The position numbers were made by a program, and so were the translations under genes. The notes below the pieces were generated by a model. It was not told the origin of the DNA. It was given only the letters and a program-made list of their open reading frames with translations, and did not search any database. From Acidobacteriota bacterium (GTDB lineage Bacteria; Acidobacteriota; Thermoanaerobaculia; Multivoradales; JAGPDF01), in contig JBLMYC010000184.1 of assembly GCA_050258075.1 (NCBI GenBank), positions 1-58,481 of the forward strand: a DNA stretch of 58,481 bases, given 5' to 3'. Shown here in pieces: positions 28,389 through 38,591 of the stretch (within the stretch, counting starts at the first letter, position 1; the number at the start of each line of letters is the position of its first letter).

Positions 28389-30218
28389 CTAGGCCTCGCG
28401 AAGCTTCATCGTCTGGGTGGCGAGGGACGCCGCGACCGCGCGCTCGTAGTCCTCTCCAAAATGCTCCTTGAGACGCGGCGCGACCGGGAAGATCATCGGT
28501 CGCGGCTGCCAGGGCCGCGACTCGCCGGTCCGCGCGTCGACCACCCGACCGTCGGCGATGGCGCGCGTCGCCTCGGGCAGCGGCAGGCCGGCGACCGCGT
28601 CGCGCAGCGCGCGTGTGTAGGCCTCGTGCGCGGGTTCCACGAAATGCATGGAGCCGAAGACCGGCGCCACCAGGTGGAAGTGCGACGGCACGAAGGAGAT
28701 GCCGTCGAGGTGCAGGCGGTCGCAGGCCAGGATCAGCAGAGCGACGACGTCCTCCGCGATTCCGAGGCCGGGGTGCTTCTGACCCGGCAGCGGCGGACGG
28801 CCCTGGGTGAAGGTGGCGCGCGGGTTCTGCAGCAGCATCCACTCCACCGCCAGGAGCTCGAACCCCGGCAGAGTGCGGCGGTCGCGCCGCACCCGCACCT
28901 CGGCCAGCAGCTCGTGGCGGCCGGTGTCGCCGTACAGGCGGATCGTCTGGCCGCTGGGGTTGCCAAGGTCGAAGGCCACCTGCGGCTGGGTGAATCCGAT
29001 CGCGCGCAGGCGGTCGAGCAGGCCGGCGCGCTCGAGAGCGAGCTCCACCCCCTGCTCGGTGTAGAAGCCGAGCAGCCGGGTCTGGCGCGGCGCGCCGCCG
29101 AGATCGGCGAGCAGGTCCTCCTCGCTCAGGCCCCAGTCGCCGTCGCCGGCCGGCCCGGCGAGATCGGTCGGGCTGAGCAATCGCGCGAGCTGGCGATAGC
29201 GGTGGAGGGTGATGGTCTCGGTCGGTGGCGGCTCGTGCGCGCGACCGCTCGCGAGCAGTGAGAACGAGCGCGCGCTGTGGCGCCAGGAGTCCGGGCCGTA
29301 ACCGCCGGCGAGCACCACGGCCAGCGGGCGATCGGTGTGGCCGCGCACGGTGCGCAGCACGAACCTGTCGCGCTCGAGCAATCCGGCGCCGGTGATCTTC
29401 CAGTCGCCCAGACGATCGTCGATCGCGGGGTCGGCGCCCGCCACGAAGACGACGAGATCGGGGCGGAACTCGGAGACCACTTCCGGCAGGTGAGCGCGCA
29501 GCGCGGCGAGGTAGGCGGCGTCCTCGATCGCGGTGCCGAGCGCCAGGCTGAAGGCCATGGTGGCGTCCGACGGCCCCCACGGACGGTTGTGGATCGAGAA
29601 CGTGAAGACGTCGGGATCGGCGGCGAAGATCGAGCGCGTGCCGTCGCCGTCGTGCAGGTCGAGGTCGACGACCAGCGTCCTGCCGGAGAAGCCCGCCTCG
29701 CGCGCCTCCGCGATCGCCACCGCCACGTCGTTGTAGGCGCAGAATCCGGCGCCGCGAGCGCGGTGCGCGTGGTGGAAGCCGCCTCCCAGGTTGACCGCGA
29801 TGCCGCGCGTCGCGAGCGCAGTCTCGACTGCGAGCACCGTGCCGCCGACCATCCACCGCTGCATCTCGAGGATGCGGCTCTGCAGGGGATCGGCCACGGT
29901 GAAGCCGAGGATCGATTCGAGCGATCCCGGCAGATAGAGCGCGTCGAGGTAGTCGTCGGCGTGCACCCGGCGCAGGGCCTTGAAGTTTGCCGGCTTGGGC
30001 CGCAGCACGTCGCGCCGCCGCAGCAGCCCCTCGAGCGCCAGCCAGGCGAGGATCCGCTCGCCGCGAATCGGGTCGACCAGCACGCCGGGGACGTCGAGAG
30101 AGTAGCGCGTGCTGTACACGAAGCGGGCGCGCCGGCGACGCATGGTCTGCCCGAGCAGGCGAGCCTGGCGGCGCATCCCGGCGAGGATCTCGCTGCGGGT
30201 GGTGGGCACGGAGCGCAT
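28389..30218 (-). CDS. Histone deacetylase-family (Zn amidohydrolase) protein fused to a ~270-aa C-terminal domain of unknown function
   Basis: HDAC motifs [27 protein letters not shown] and [10 protein letters not shown] in the N-terminal ~330 aa. The C-terminal region contains [17 protein letters not shown]. Confidence 0.85.
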   Translation of the reverse strand: MRSVPTTRSEILAGMRRQARLLGQTMRRRRARFVYSTRYSLDVPGVLVDPIRGERILAWLALEGLLRRRDVLRPKPANFKALRRVHADDYLDALYLPGSLESILGFTVADPLQSRILEMQRWMVGGTVLAVETALATRGIAVNLGGGFHHAHRARGAGFCAYNDVAVAIAEAREAGFSGRTLVVDLDLHDGDGTRSIFAADPDVFTFSIHNRPWGPSDATMAFSLALGTAIEDAAYLAALRAHLPEVVSEFRPDLVVFVAGADPAIDDRLGDWKITGAGLLERDRFVLRTVRGHTDRPLAVVLAGGYGPDSWRHSARSFSLLASGRAHEPPPTETITLHRYRQLARLLSPTDLAGPAGDGDWGLSEEDLLADLGGAPRQTRLLGFYTEQGVELALERAGLLDRLRAIGFTQPQVAFDLGNPSGQTIRLYGDTGRHELLAEVRVRRDRRTLPGFELLAVEWMLLQNPRATFTQGRPPLPGQKHPGLGIAEDVVALLILACDRLHLDGISFVPSHFHLVAPVFGSMHFVEPAHEAYTRALRDAVAGLPLPEATRAIADGRVVDARTGESRPWQPRPMIFPVAPRLKEHFGEDYERAVAASLATQTMKLREA

Positions 30219-30287
30219 GGTCGCTCGTCCGGCGCTCCAGCCCCGCTCCGGGGGTCCTGGGCGCTCGGGGGAGTTCCTACCGCCAGA

Positions 30288-30644
30288 CTACCGGAGTTTG
30301 ACCCAGGTGGCGCCCCAGCCGCCGGCCTCGGCGGGGGCGTCGCCGAAGCCCACCACCCGCGGATCGCGCTCGAGCAGGGTTCGCACGGTGCGGCGCTGCA
30401 CTCCGATACCGCGCCCGTGGATGATGCGCAGGTCGCGAAGACCCTTCTCGTAGGCGAGGTCGAGCCAGTCGCGGACGAGGTCGGCGACCTCCGCCGGTGG
30501 AAAGCTGTGCAGGTCGAGGACGTCGGTTGCCTCGAGCTCGATGGGGTCGCCTGCGACGGGGTCGCCTGCGACGGGGTCGCCTGCGACGGGGTCGCCGGTG
30601 ACGGGCTGCTCGGAATCGTCGTCGTCGCCGGATCTCATCGCCAT
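30288..30644 (-). CDS. Smr-domain protein with an acidic (GDPVA)n N-terminal repeat
   Basis: LDLHSF...RIIHGRGIGVQRRTVRTLL matches the Smr signature. Start at MAMRSGDDDDSEQ (30644). Confidence 0.75.
   Translation of the reverse strand: MAMRSGDDDDSEQPVTGDPVAGDPVAGDPVAGDPIELEATDVLDLHSFPPAEVADLVRDWLDLAYEKGLRDLRIIHGRGIGVQRRTVRTLLERDPRVVGFGDAPAEAGGWGATWVKLR
30543..30602. repeat. 15-bp perfect tandem repeat (3 identical copies plus 1 degenerate) inside the Smr gene
   Basis: ggggtcgcctgcgac occurs three times (30543-30587), followed by ggggtcgccggtgac. Confidence 0.9.
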
Positions 30645-30773
30645 AAGTGCATCTCGAGGGCTCGCCTGGAGGGCGGCAAGGCTGGCAGAATGGTACCCGA
30701 GCCCACCGGCGCCGGCGCCACGCGAAGTGGCGTATCGTCGAGGGCGCAGGGCGAGCCTGCCAAGGAGAAGGCG

Positions 30774-31133
30774 ATGCAACCGTCCAAGGTCCTGATCGTC
30801 GACGATTCGCTGCTGATGCACAAGCTGTTCAAGGCCTTGATGCCCAAGGTCTCGCTGGTCAGCGCCCACGACGGGATGGAGGCTCTGCAGCGGCTCGCCG
30901 AGAACCCCGACGTCGACCTGATTCTCCTCGACATCAACATGCCGCGCATGAACGGACTGGAGCTCCTGCGCCGGATCAAGGCCGAGGGCGGCCTGGCCAG
31001 GATTCCGGTGGTGATCGTCACCACCGAGGGCAAGGAGGAGGACACGGTGGCCGGCCTGCGCGCTGGCGCCGCTGCCTACGTTCGCAAGCCGTTCCAGCAC
31101 AGCGAGATTCTGGGCATCATCGCTCGCCTGTAG
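30774..31133 (+). CDS. cheY: CheY-like single-domain response regulator
   Basis: VLIVDDS...LILLDINMPRMNG...YVRKPF. AAGGAGAAGG RBS. 119 aa. Confidence 0.85.
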   Translation: MQPSKVLIVDDSLLMHKLFKALMPKVSLVSAHDGMEALQRLAENPDVDLILLDINMPRMNGLELLRRIKAEGGLARIPVVIVTTEGKEEDTVAGLRAGAAAYVRKPFQHSEILGIIARL

Positions 31134-32178
31134 CGAACAGCTCCAGGAGGCGCGGCCCGATGTCCTCGAGGGCGAGGACCTCCTGGGCACCCCCCGCCTC
31201 GATCGCGGCCCGTGGCATCCCGAAGACCGCGGAGGATGCGCGGTCCTGGGCGATGGTGTGGATGCCGGCCCGTGCCAGATGGACCATCGCCGCGGCGCCG
31301 TCGAGGCCCATGCCGGTCAGCAGCACCGCCACCATGCGACCGCGTGTCGCCCGCGCGGCGGAGTCGAACAGCTCGTCGACAGATGGCCGGTGGAGGGCGT
31401 CCTCGGGAAACGCGGAGAGAACGGCGCGCAGCCGACCGTGCGCGCTCTCGATGCGCAGGTGAATGCCGCCGGGCGCGATGTAGACCACCCCCGGGCTCAG
31501 CGCCTCGTCGTGCGCGGCCTCCTTGACGCGCAGCGGCAGGTAGGCATTGAGACGCTCGGCGAAGGAGCGCGTGAAGGCGGCCGGCATGTGCTGCACGACG
31601 GCGATCGGCACCGGGGCGGCGGCGCCGAAATCGGCCAGGATCTTCTCGATCGCCGGCGGGCCGCCGGCCGACGCGCCGATCGCCACCAGCTCGATCGCCC
31701 CGGGCGCGGCGCTCGCGAGCGGCTCCTCCTCGGCCTTGGCCGCCACCGCGCGCAGGCCCTCCGGCGCCGGGAGCGGCACCTCGCGGGAGGTGATCTCATG
31801 CAGCTTCTCGACCAGCACGCCGCGCAAGGCATCGAAGTCCACGAGCGAGTACTGCTGCTTGTCGATGAAGTCCGCGGCGCCGCGGTGCAGGGCCTCGACG
31901 GTCAGCGGGGCGTCCTTGCGCGAGTGAGTCGAGAGGATGAGCACCGCGCAGCCGCCACGCTGGCGCACGGCATCGAGAGTGCGCAACCCTCCCATCCCGG
32001 GCATCGACAGGTCGAGGACGATGGCCTCCGGCTGCCATTCATCGAGATGCTCCAGCAGCTCCTCGCCCGAGGCGGCCAGCCCGACCACGGCGATGCTCGG
32101 CTCCGACGCCAGCAGCCGCGCGACGGCTCGCCGGATGAACGACGAGTCGTCGGCGAGCGCCACCCGCAGGGGCTTCAC
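31117..32178 (-). CDS. cheB: Protein-glutamate methylesterase/deamidase CheB (receiver plus methylesterase)
   Basis: Receiver domain (ALADDSSF...LDLSMPGMGG). Esterase motifs IGASAGGPPA, HMPAAFT, GMGLDGA. Confidence 0.9.
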   Translation of the reverse strand: MKPLRVALADDSSFIRRAVARLLASEPSIAVVGLAASGEELLEHLDEWQPEAIVLDLSMPGMGGLRTLDAVRQRGGCAVLILSTHSRKDAPLTVEALHRGAADFIDKQQYSLVDFDALRGVLVEKLHEITSREVPLPAPEGLRAVAAKAEEEPLASAAPGAIELVAIGASAGGPPAIEKILADFGAAAPVPIAVVQHMPAAFTRSFAERLNAYLPLRVKEAAHDEALSPGVVYIAPGGIHLRIESAHGRLRAVLSAFPEDALHRPSVDELFDSAARATRGRMVAVLLTGMGLDGAAAMVHLARAGIHTIAQDRASSAVFGMPRAAIEAGGAQEVLALEDIGPRLLELFATGER

Positions 32179-32996
32179 TTCCCGACTCTCCGGTAGGCGA
32201 TCACCGGACCCAGGCGGACGGTCTCGAACCGGCTGGAGACGCCGATGATCGATTCCGCGGCGCCGAGGAACAGCAATCCGCCTGGTCGCAGGACCGCGGC
32301 GAAGTGCTCGACAGCGCTGTGCAGGGCCGGTTCCGAGAAGTAGATCAGCACGTTGCGGCAGAAGAGCACGTCGTAGGCGACGGCGGGGGCGAAGCTGCGA
32401 AGCTCGACGATGTTGGCCGTGAAGAAGCGGACGCCCTCCCGATAGGCGGGCTTGAGCGCCCAGCGCTCAATGCCGCGGGGAGTGAAGTAGCGCGACCGCT
32501 GCTCCTCGGAGGTGGCCCGAAAGGAGCCCGGGCCGTAGACCGCCGCCTGCGCCTGGGAGAGGCGCGAGGCGTCGACGTCGAAGGCGTCGATCTCGAGCCT
32601 GGTACCGGCGAGGTCGACGGCGTGCTGGCGGGCATACAGGCCCAGGGTGTAGGCCTCCTCGCCGCTCGAGCAGCCGGCGCACAGCAGCCGCAGCCTGCCG
32701 CTCACCGAGGTCCGGGCCTTGAGCTCGCAGAGCGCCGGTCCGAAGAGGGCGTCCATCTGCCGCGTCTCGCGAAAGAAGTACGTCTCGTTGTTGGTCACCA
32801 GCTCGATGAGCCGGGCGCGCTCGCGCTCGATGTCGGAGCGCAGGTGCAGGTAGTAGTCGAAGAAGCGCGGCAAGTGCAGCTCGCGCAGGCGCGGGCGCAG
32901 GCGCGAGGCCAGGATGTCGCGCTTGTGCTCCGGGAACGAGATGCCCAGCTCCGTGGTGATGACCTCGTTGAGGAGCAGGAACTCCTCCTCGGTCAT
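32175..32996 (-). CDS. cheR: Chemotaxis protein methyltransferase CheR
   Basis: SAM motif LLCAGCSSGEEAYTL and DVLFCRNVLIYF. Start at MTEEEFLLLNE. ATGA-type overlap with cheB. Confidence 0.9.
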   Translation of the reverse strand: MTEEEFLLLNEVITTELGISFPEHKRDILASRLRPRLRELHLPRFFDYYLHLRSDIERERARLIELVTNNETYFFRETRQMDALFGPALCELKARTSVSGRLRLLCAGCSSGEEAYTLGLYARQHAVDLAGTRLEIDAFDVDASRLSQAQAAVYGPGSFRATSEEQRSRYFTPRGIERWALKPAYREGVRFFTANIVELRSFAPAVAYDVLFCRNVLIYFSEPALHSAVEHFAAVLRPGGLLFLGAAESIIGVSSRFETVRLGPVIAYRRVGK

Positions 32997-33021
32997 CGGC
33001 GGGCCGGAGGCCTGCACGGCT

Positions 33022-34989
33022 TCAGCCCTCGAGCGCGGCGAGAGCGCGGTGAGCGACGGCGGGCACCGGATCGCCGGCCAGGCGGGCCAGGGCGCCGAGA
33101 TTCTCGGGTCTGGCGAAGCGCCCCAGGACGTCGGCGCACGCCAGCCGGACGTACCAGTCCTCGTGGCTCGTGGCGCCGCGGAACAGCGCCTCGTCCTCTT
33201 CGGTGGCGCACATGGCGAGCGCCCGGTACGCGAGGCGCGATTCGGCTCCGCTGCTCGCCGCCTGCGACAGCGCCCGCCGCGCCTCCGGTCCACCGATCCG
33301 GCCCAGCGTCTCGAGGGCCAGCGGCCGCAGGTCGGCACGTTCGGCGAGCACGGCGAGGACCAGAGACACCGCGGCGCGATCGCGCAGCTCGGCGCAGGCG
33401 CGCAGCACCGGCGCCTGCACGTCTCTCGGCCGGAGATCGCGCAGCAACGGCAGCAGGTCGGCGAGCTGCGAGGCGGAGATCGCCTCGGCCGCGGCGGCGC
33501 CGTAGGTCTCCGGCGCCTCGCGCAGCCACGCCGCCCAGGGCAGGGCCTGCATCACCTGACGGTGGGAGGCGAGCTGGGCGAGCGCCGCGCGGCGATCGTC
33601 GGGTCCGAGAGCGACGATCTCCCGCGCCACGGCGGTCGGTTTCGAGCCGAGCTGCGCCGCGAGCACCACGCGGTCGACGGCGCCGACGTCCGGCTGCGTC
33701 GCGAGAGCACGGCTGAAGGAGACGCGATGGCGCTTGAGCGCCGGGTTGAGCTCGGAGCGCAGCTCGGGTGGCAACCGGAGGTAGAGGCCGAGCAAGGTCT
33801 TCCCCAGGGTGGCGGTGGACTGCGCCGGCGACATCCGCAACAGGCAGCGGGTCGCCGCGGCCAGCGCCTCCGGGCTCTGCCCGGCGTCGGCCAGCGCGGC
33901 CACGAACTCGCGACGCGGCAAGCGGCGCGGGAAAGTCGCGGCGAGGAAGAATCCCCAGGTGCGGCGCGTGCCGGCTCGGCGCAGCAGCGCCGGGATGAGA
34001 TCGGGGCGCCGCGCCAGGGAAGCCGGCAGGCTGGTGGCCTCGATACCGGCGGCGTTGACCGAGTCCGTGCGCACCGCGTCGTCTCCGGTGTTGCCCTCGG
34101 CGAGGGCGACGAGAAGGGAGAGCGCCGGCTCGTCCGCGGCGCTCGGTCCGAGCGCCAGGATGCAGCGCGCCGCCGCCGCACGTCCCTCCTGCTTGGGATC
34201 GGCGAGGTGTCTGGCGAGGCCTCGCACCAGGGCCTGTCGTCCGGATGGGGCGCGATTCAGGCCCTCGAGAACGTGGGCCAGCATGCCGAGCACCGATTCG
34301 GCGTCGAACTGGGCGGACTGCCGGAGCCAGTGCGCGGCGAGCGCGCGGTAGGCGGCAGGTCCGCCGATGCGCGCCACAGCCTCGACCGCGAACGAACCGA
34401 GCAGCAGGTCGGGAAACAGCCGGGCCAGCGCCGGCACGGCGCGCGGCGAGCGCAGGTCTCCGAGCGCCTGGACGGCGGCCATCTGGAGCCAGGGATCGCT
34501 GTCGAGGAAGGGCAGCAGGTAGGGGACCGAGCGCGCGTTGCCGAGCCGCCCGATCGCCAGGATCGCGGCCTGGACGATGTTGAGGTCGGTGGCGGCGAGG
34601 ACCCCGCGCAGCGGCTCGAGGGCGCGTGGATCCCGCAGGTGATCGAGGATGAGGACCGCCTGCAGCACGACGTCCTGGTCCGCATCGGCGAGCAGGCGCA
34701 GGGCCAGCGGGAAGCTGCGCGGCCCGCGCAACTTGAGCATCTCCAGCCCGGCGTTGCGCAGCGTCGCGTCGGCGTCGTTGTGCACGTGCTCGGCGAGGCG
34801 CTCCTCCGGCAGCAGGCTGGCGCCGAGACGCAGCGCGCGCTCGCGAATTCCCGGACTGGTGACGCGGACGAGCTTCTCGATGGCGTCGATGCGCCGGTTC
34901 GGCGAGAGCGTGGGCAGCTTCTCGAGCAGGCGAGTCGCGTCCTCCCAGGACATCTCGCCGGCGCCGGTGGGTCGTTCCGCAGTGGTCAT
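33022..34989 (-). CDS. HEAT-repeat (PBS-lyase-like) protein encoded within the che operon
   Basis: 655 aa of repeated ~30-aa units of the type ...R..A..ALG.IG...A...L...L.D.D..VR..A. Located between the MCP gene and cheR. Confidence 0.75.
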   Translation of the reverse strand: MTTAERPTGAGEMSWEDATRLLEKLPTLSPNRRIDAIEKLVRVTSPGIRERALRLGASLLPEERLAEHVHNDADATLRNAGLEMLKLRGPRSFPLALRLLADADQDVVLQAVLILDHLRDPRALEPLRGVLAATDLNIVQAAILAIGRLGNARSVPYLLPFLDSDPWLQMAAVQALGDLRSPRAVPALARLFPDLLLGSFAVEAVARIGGPAAYRALAAHWLRQSAQFDAESVLGMLAHVLEGLNRAPSGRQALVRGLARHLADPKQEGRAAAARCILALGPSAADEPALSLLVALAEGNTGDDAVRTDSVNAAGIEATSLPASLARRPDLIPALLRRAGTRRTWGFFLAATFPRRLPRREFVAALADAGQSPEALAAATRCLLRMSPAQSTATLGKTLLGLYLRLPPELRSELNPALKRHRVSFSRALATQPDVGAVDRVVLAAQLGSKPTAVAREIVALGPDDRRAALAQLASHRQVMQALPWAAWLREAPETYGAAAAEAISASQLADLLPLLRDLRPRDVQAPVLRACAELRDRAAVSLVLAVLAERADLRPLALETLGRIGGPEARRALSQAASSGAESRLAYRALAMCATEEDEALFRGATSHEDWYVRLACADVLGRFARPENLGALARLAGDPVPAVAHRALAALEG

Positions 34990-35014
34990 GGCGGGAAGCC
35001 TTTCACTGGCGAGC

Positions 35015-37018
35015 TCAGAGCTTGAAGACGGCGGAGAGACCCTTCAGGCGCTCGGCTTCGCCCGCCAGGCTCTGGGTCGCGTTCGAGAGCTGTTCGGTGG
35101 CGGTCAGGAACTGCTGCGCCACCTGGGCGATCTGATCCACCGCTTTGACCACCTGGTCGCCGCCCACCATCTGCTCGGCGGTCGCGTCCGCGACCTGCTG
35201 GGTCATCTGGTTCATCAAGGTCGTCGTCGTCATGATCTGCCTGGCCGACTGCGCCTGCTCGCGCGCCGCGGTCGCGAGCTGCTGGGTGACCTGCTGCATG
35301 CCGCTGGTGGTGCGCAGGATCTGGTTGGCACCCTTGCTCTGCTCCTGGGTGGCGGTCTGCACGTTGCGCACCAGGTCGGTCGTGCGGTTCACCGAGTCGA
35401 CGATGTGGCGCAGGACACGCTGCGAGAGCTGCACCGCCTCGTCGCTGTCCTTTTGCATCGACTCGACGAAGCTCGAGATCTCCCGCGTCGACTGGATCGA
35501 GCGCTCGGCGAGGCGCTTGATCTCGTCCGCCACCACCGCGAACCCGCGCCCGGCGTCGCCGGCGCGCGCCGCCTCGATCGCGGCGTTGAGCGCCAGCAGG
35601 TTCGTCTGGTCGGCGATCTCGTCGATGATGCGGACGATCTTGCCGACGTCCTTTCCCGATGCGCCAATGCCGACGATGATGCCGGACAGCCGTTCGCCGC
35701 CTTCGGTGGCGGCGGTGGCGGCCTGGCGTGAAGCCTCGTCCACGACGTTCACCTTCGAAGCGATCGACTCGATGGACGCCGCCATCTCCTCGATCGTCGT
35801 CGCGGTCTCCTCGACCGAAGCGAGCAGGCGCTCCGAGCTCTTGGCGACCTCTTCGATCGAGGTCGCCATCTCCTGCATCGACGCGGACGTCTCCTCGACG
35901 TTGCTCGCCAGGGCCTGCGACGAGCGGTTGACGCTGTCGAGCTGGCTCGCCATCTCGACCATGGTGGCCGAGGTCTCTTCGGTGGCCCCTGACTGGCTCT
36001 CGGCGCCGCGCTTGATCTGCAAGGCGGAGGCCGAGATCTCGTCGGCGGTCGAGGCGACCTGCCCGGCGGAGCCCTTCAGGTCGCCGAGCACCTGCCGCAG
36101 GTTGGCGGTCATGGTGCGGAAGGCCTGCCCGAAAGCGTCGGCGTCCGAGCGCGGCTCGATCGTGGCGCGCAGATCGCCCTGGGCGATCGAGTCGGCGGCG
36201 CCCGACATGGCGCGCAGGTAGTCGAGCATCTGCTGCATGGCGAGTGACAGGTTGCCGATCTCGTCGCGCGAGCGCACCTCGACCGACGCCGACATGTCGC
36301 CGCGCGCCAGGCGGCCCGCTGCGTCGACCACCTCGCGCAAGGGGACGGTGAGTGAGCGGATGATCAGGAAGGAGAGCGCCGCGAGAATCAGCACGATCCC
36401 CAGGGTGAGGCCGATGATGATCCCGACCGAGAGCCTCTGGTAGGAGCGCGCCGTGGCGAAGGCGGTCTCCATGTCCTTGCGGCCGCGGGCGGTGAAGGCC
36501 TCGAGCGAGGTGCGGATGGCGTTGTACTGCTCGCCCATCGAGCGCAGGGCGCCGACCAGGCTCTCGCCGGTCGCGCCGTTGATCATGCGCTGGCTGTTGT
36601 CGCGCGCCAGCGTGTAGTAGGCATCGAAGGACTTGGCGATGCTCTCGCGATCGGCCGCCGGGATGGTCGGGTTGCTCTCCGCGCGCTTGAGCGCGGCGAG
36701 GAACTCGGCGCGATGGGTATCGACCTCGTCGAGCAGCGAGGCGTCGCGCGCCGCCACGGCATCCTGCAGGCCGCGCTGGATGGCGGCGAGCGAATCCTCG
36801 AGGTCGCGGGCGGTCTCGAGCGCCGGCGTGTAGCCGGTCTGGATGCCGGTCAGCAGTCGTCCGGTGCGGTAACCCTGGAAGAGGATGACTCCCAGGATCA
36901 CCAGCAGGCCGACCGCCGCCAGCCCCGGCATCAGCGCGACGCGCTGCGCGAACCGCAGGTTCTGGAAAAGGGCGCCCAATCGGCGACCCGCACGGGTACC
37001 GCCGGTCGGGGCGCTCAT
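35015..37018 (-). CDS. Methyl-accepting chemotaxis protein (two TM helices, periplasmic helical sensor, HAMP, long signalling domain)
   Basis: Highly conserved hairpin [40 protein letters not shown]. Start at MSAPTGG (37018), overlapping the upstream stop (ATGA). Confidence 0.9.
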   Translation of the reverse strand: MSAPTGGTRAGRRLGALFQNLRFAQRVALMPGLAAVGLLVILGVILFQGYRTGRLLTGIQTGYTPALETARDLEDSLAAIQRGLQDAVAARDASLLDEVDTHRAEFLAALKRAESNPTIPAADRESIAKSFDAYYTLARDNSQRMINGATGESLVGALRSMGEQYNAIRTSLEAFTARGRKDMETAFATARSYQRLSVGIIIGLTLGIVLILAALSFLIIRSLTVPLREVVDAAGRLARGDMSASVEVRSRDEIGNLSLAMQQMLDYLRAMSGAADSIAQGDLRATIEPRSDADAFGQAFRTMTANLRQVLGDLKGSAGQVASTADEISASALQIKRGAESQSGATEETSATMVEMASQLDSVNRSSQALASNVEETSASMQEMATSIEEVAKSSERLLASVEETATTIEEMAASIESIASKVNVVDEASRQAATAATEGGERLSGIIVGIGASGKDVGKIVRIIDEIADQTNLLALNAAIEAARAGDAGRGFAVVADEIKRLAERSIQSTREISSFVESMQKDSDEAVQLSQRVLRHIVDSVNRTTDLVRNVQTATQEQSKGANQILRTTSGMQQVTQQLATAAREQAQSARQIMTTTTLMNQMTQQVADATAEQMVGGDQVVKAVDQIAQVAQQFLTATEQLSNATQSLAGEAERLKGLSAVFKL

Positions 37019-37836
37019 TGCAGGCTGAACTTCACGGAGAGGACGTACTTGACGGCCACCGGCTGGCCGTTGCGGGTCGCGGGCTTGAACTTCCACTTGC
37101 GGACCGCGGTGAGCGCCGAGCGGTCGAGCCCCATCGGCAGCGCTTCGAGGACCCTGGCGCCGACGACGTTGCCCTGCTTGTCGATCGTCGCCTCGACGGT
37201 GACCGTGCCCTCGATCCGCGCCCGGCGTGCGGCGTCGGTGTAGGCCGGCTCCGGCTTGACGATCGGCTCCGGCAGGGTCATCCCCGCCTCGAGGGTGTAG
37301 ACCTGCTCCTCGCCGCCCGCCGCGCCGCCCAGATCCGTCACCTGGAGCGCCCGCACGCCACTCGGCAGGTCGGTGCCGGCCGACACATAGCCGATGCCGC
37401 CGGGGTTGCTGCGCACGAAGGCGAGGACATCGGCGGAAGAGGCTTTCTCCGGCGGCGGCACGTCACGGCCCGAGAAGATCATCTTCTGCCAGTAGGCCTT
37501 CACCGCCGAGGTCGGGCGATCGAGGATGGCCTTGGAGAACGCCTCGCGGGTGGGCGAATCCTCGGTCAGATCGACGGCCATCACCTTTTCTCCGGACGGC
37601 CAGCGCGGCGTCTTCTGCAGGAACATCTGCGACAGCTCGGCCACCGACAGGCCGGTCGCCGGGTTGCCGGCGTTGACCACCACCACGAAGTCTACGGGGG
37701 CCGCCGCAGACGCGCTGCTGAGGGCGGCGAGGCCCAGCATGGCGAACGTGGCGAGCCGCAATGGTCCCCATCGGCGAGCGAGCCGGCGCCAGGGCCGGTT
37801 TCGACGAGGCGATCTGAGATCAGGGATTGGCTTCAT
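37015..37836 (-). CDS. Secreted fusion protein: PstS-like periplasmic-binding (PBP-like) domain plus TonB C-terminal domain
   Basis: Signal peptide. [35 protein letters not shown]...[10 protein letters not shown]...GGIGYV resembles the phosphate-binding-protein-like domain. The C-terminal [28 protein letters not shown]...RKWKFKPA matches TonB_C. Confidence 0.7.
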   Translation of the reverse strand: MKPIPDLRSPRRNRPWRRLARRWGPLRLATFAMLGLAALSSASAAAPVDFVVVVNAGNPATGLSVAELSQMFLQKTPRWPSGEKVMAVDLTEDSPTREAFSKAILDRPTSAVKAYWQKMIFSGRDVPPPEKASSADVLAFVRSNPGGIGYVSAGTDLPSGVRALQVTDLGGAAGGEEQVYTLEAGMTLPEPIVKPEPAYTDAARRARIEGTVTVEATIDKQGNVVGARVLEALPMGLDRSALTAVRKWKFKPATRNGQPVAVKYVLSVKFSLQ

Positions 37837-37892
37837 TTCTCCACCTCCCACCGGCGGCGCCGGGTGGTCACGTAGCAGGCTTTCGCGATCGT

Positions 37893-38591
37893 TCACGCGG
37901 CTCCTTGGCTCCCCGGGCTGGGTGCATCGAGCGCCTCGGGGACGAGCAACAGCTGATCGATGTCGAGCACGACGATCAGGCCGTCGCCGAGTTGCACGAC
38001 GCCGACCAGAAACTCCGAGCGCTCGGTCAGGATGTCGGCAGGCGGTGGCTCGATGCGGCTCGGCTTGAGCTTGATCACCTGCCGGGCAGCGTCGACCAGG
38101 AGACCGAGGGCGCGCTCGCGAGAGGAGACGACCAGGATGCGGCTGCGCGAGTCGAGCGGGGCCGGCTGCAGGCCGAGCCGGACGCGCAGGTCGACCACCA
38201 CCAGCACCTTGCCGCGCAGGTTGGTGATGCCGCGCACCGGGGTCGGGGCATGCGGCACGCGGGTGATGTCGTGAGCGCGCTGGATCTCCTGGATGCGGGC
38301 GACCGGCAGGGCGTAGGTCTCGCCCGCGAGCTCGAAGGCCACCCAGCTCTCCTCGCGCTCGACCGGCGCGCTGGGCCGCTCCTCGCGGCGCTCGAAGCTG
38401 TCGGCAAACGAATAGATGCGGCTCGGACCCACAGGCGCCGCGGGCGGCTCGACCGCCCCGCGGGGTGCCTCGATCGCGGCGAGGATCTCGCTCGCCAGGC
38501 CGGACGGCGGCAGCTGGAGGGGCGACTTGGCTTCGGGCTCGGCGGCCGGGCGCTGCTTGCCGTTCTCGGGGTCCTTGCGGCGGCGGCTCAT
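37893..38591 (-). CDS. cheW: Chemotaxis coupling protein CheW with an extended N-terminus
   Basis: WVAFELAGETYALPVARIQEI and ITNLRGKVLVVVDLR. The start overlaps the cheA stop (ATGA at 38588-38591). Confidence 0.85.
   Translation of the reverse strand: MSRRRKDPENGKQRPAAEPEAKSPLQLPPSGLASEILAAIEAPRGAVEPPAAPVGPSRIYSFADSFERREERPSAPVEREESWVAFELAGETYALPVARIQEIQRAHDITRVPHAPTPVRGITNLRGKVLVVVDLRVRLGLQPAPLDSRSRILVVSSRERALGLLVDAARQVIKLKPSRIEPPPADILTERSEFLVGVVQLGDGLIVVLDIDQLLLVPEALDAPSPGSQGAA

Noticed and set aside
30543-30602. Short direct repeats considered as a possible CRISPR array
   Set aside because: The units are contiguous with no spacers, only 15 bp long, lie in frame within a coding sequence, and no cas genes are present.
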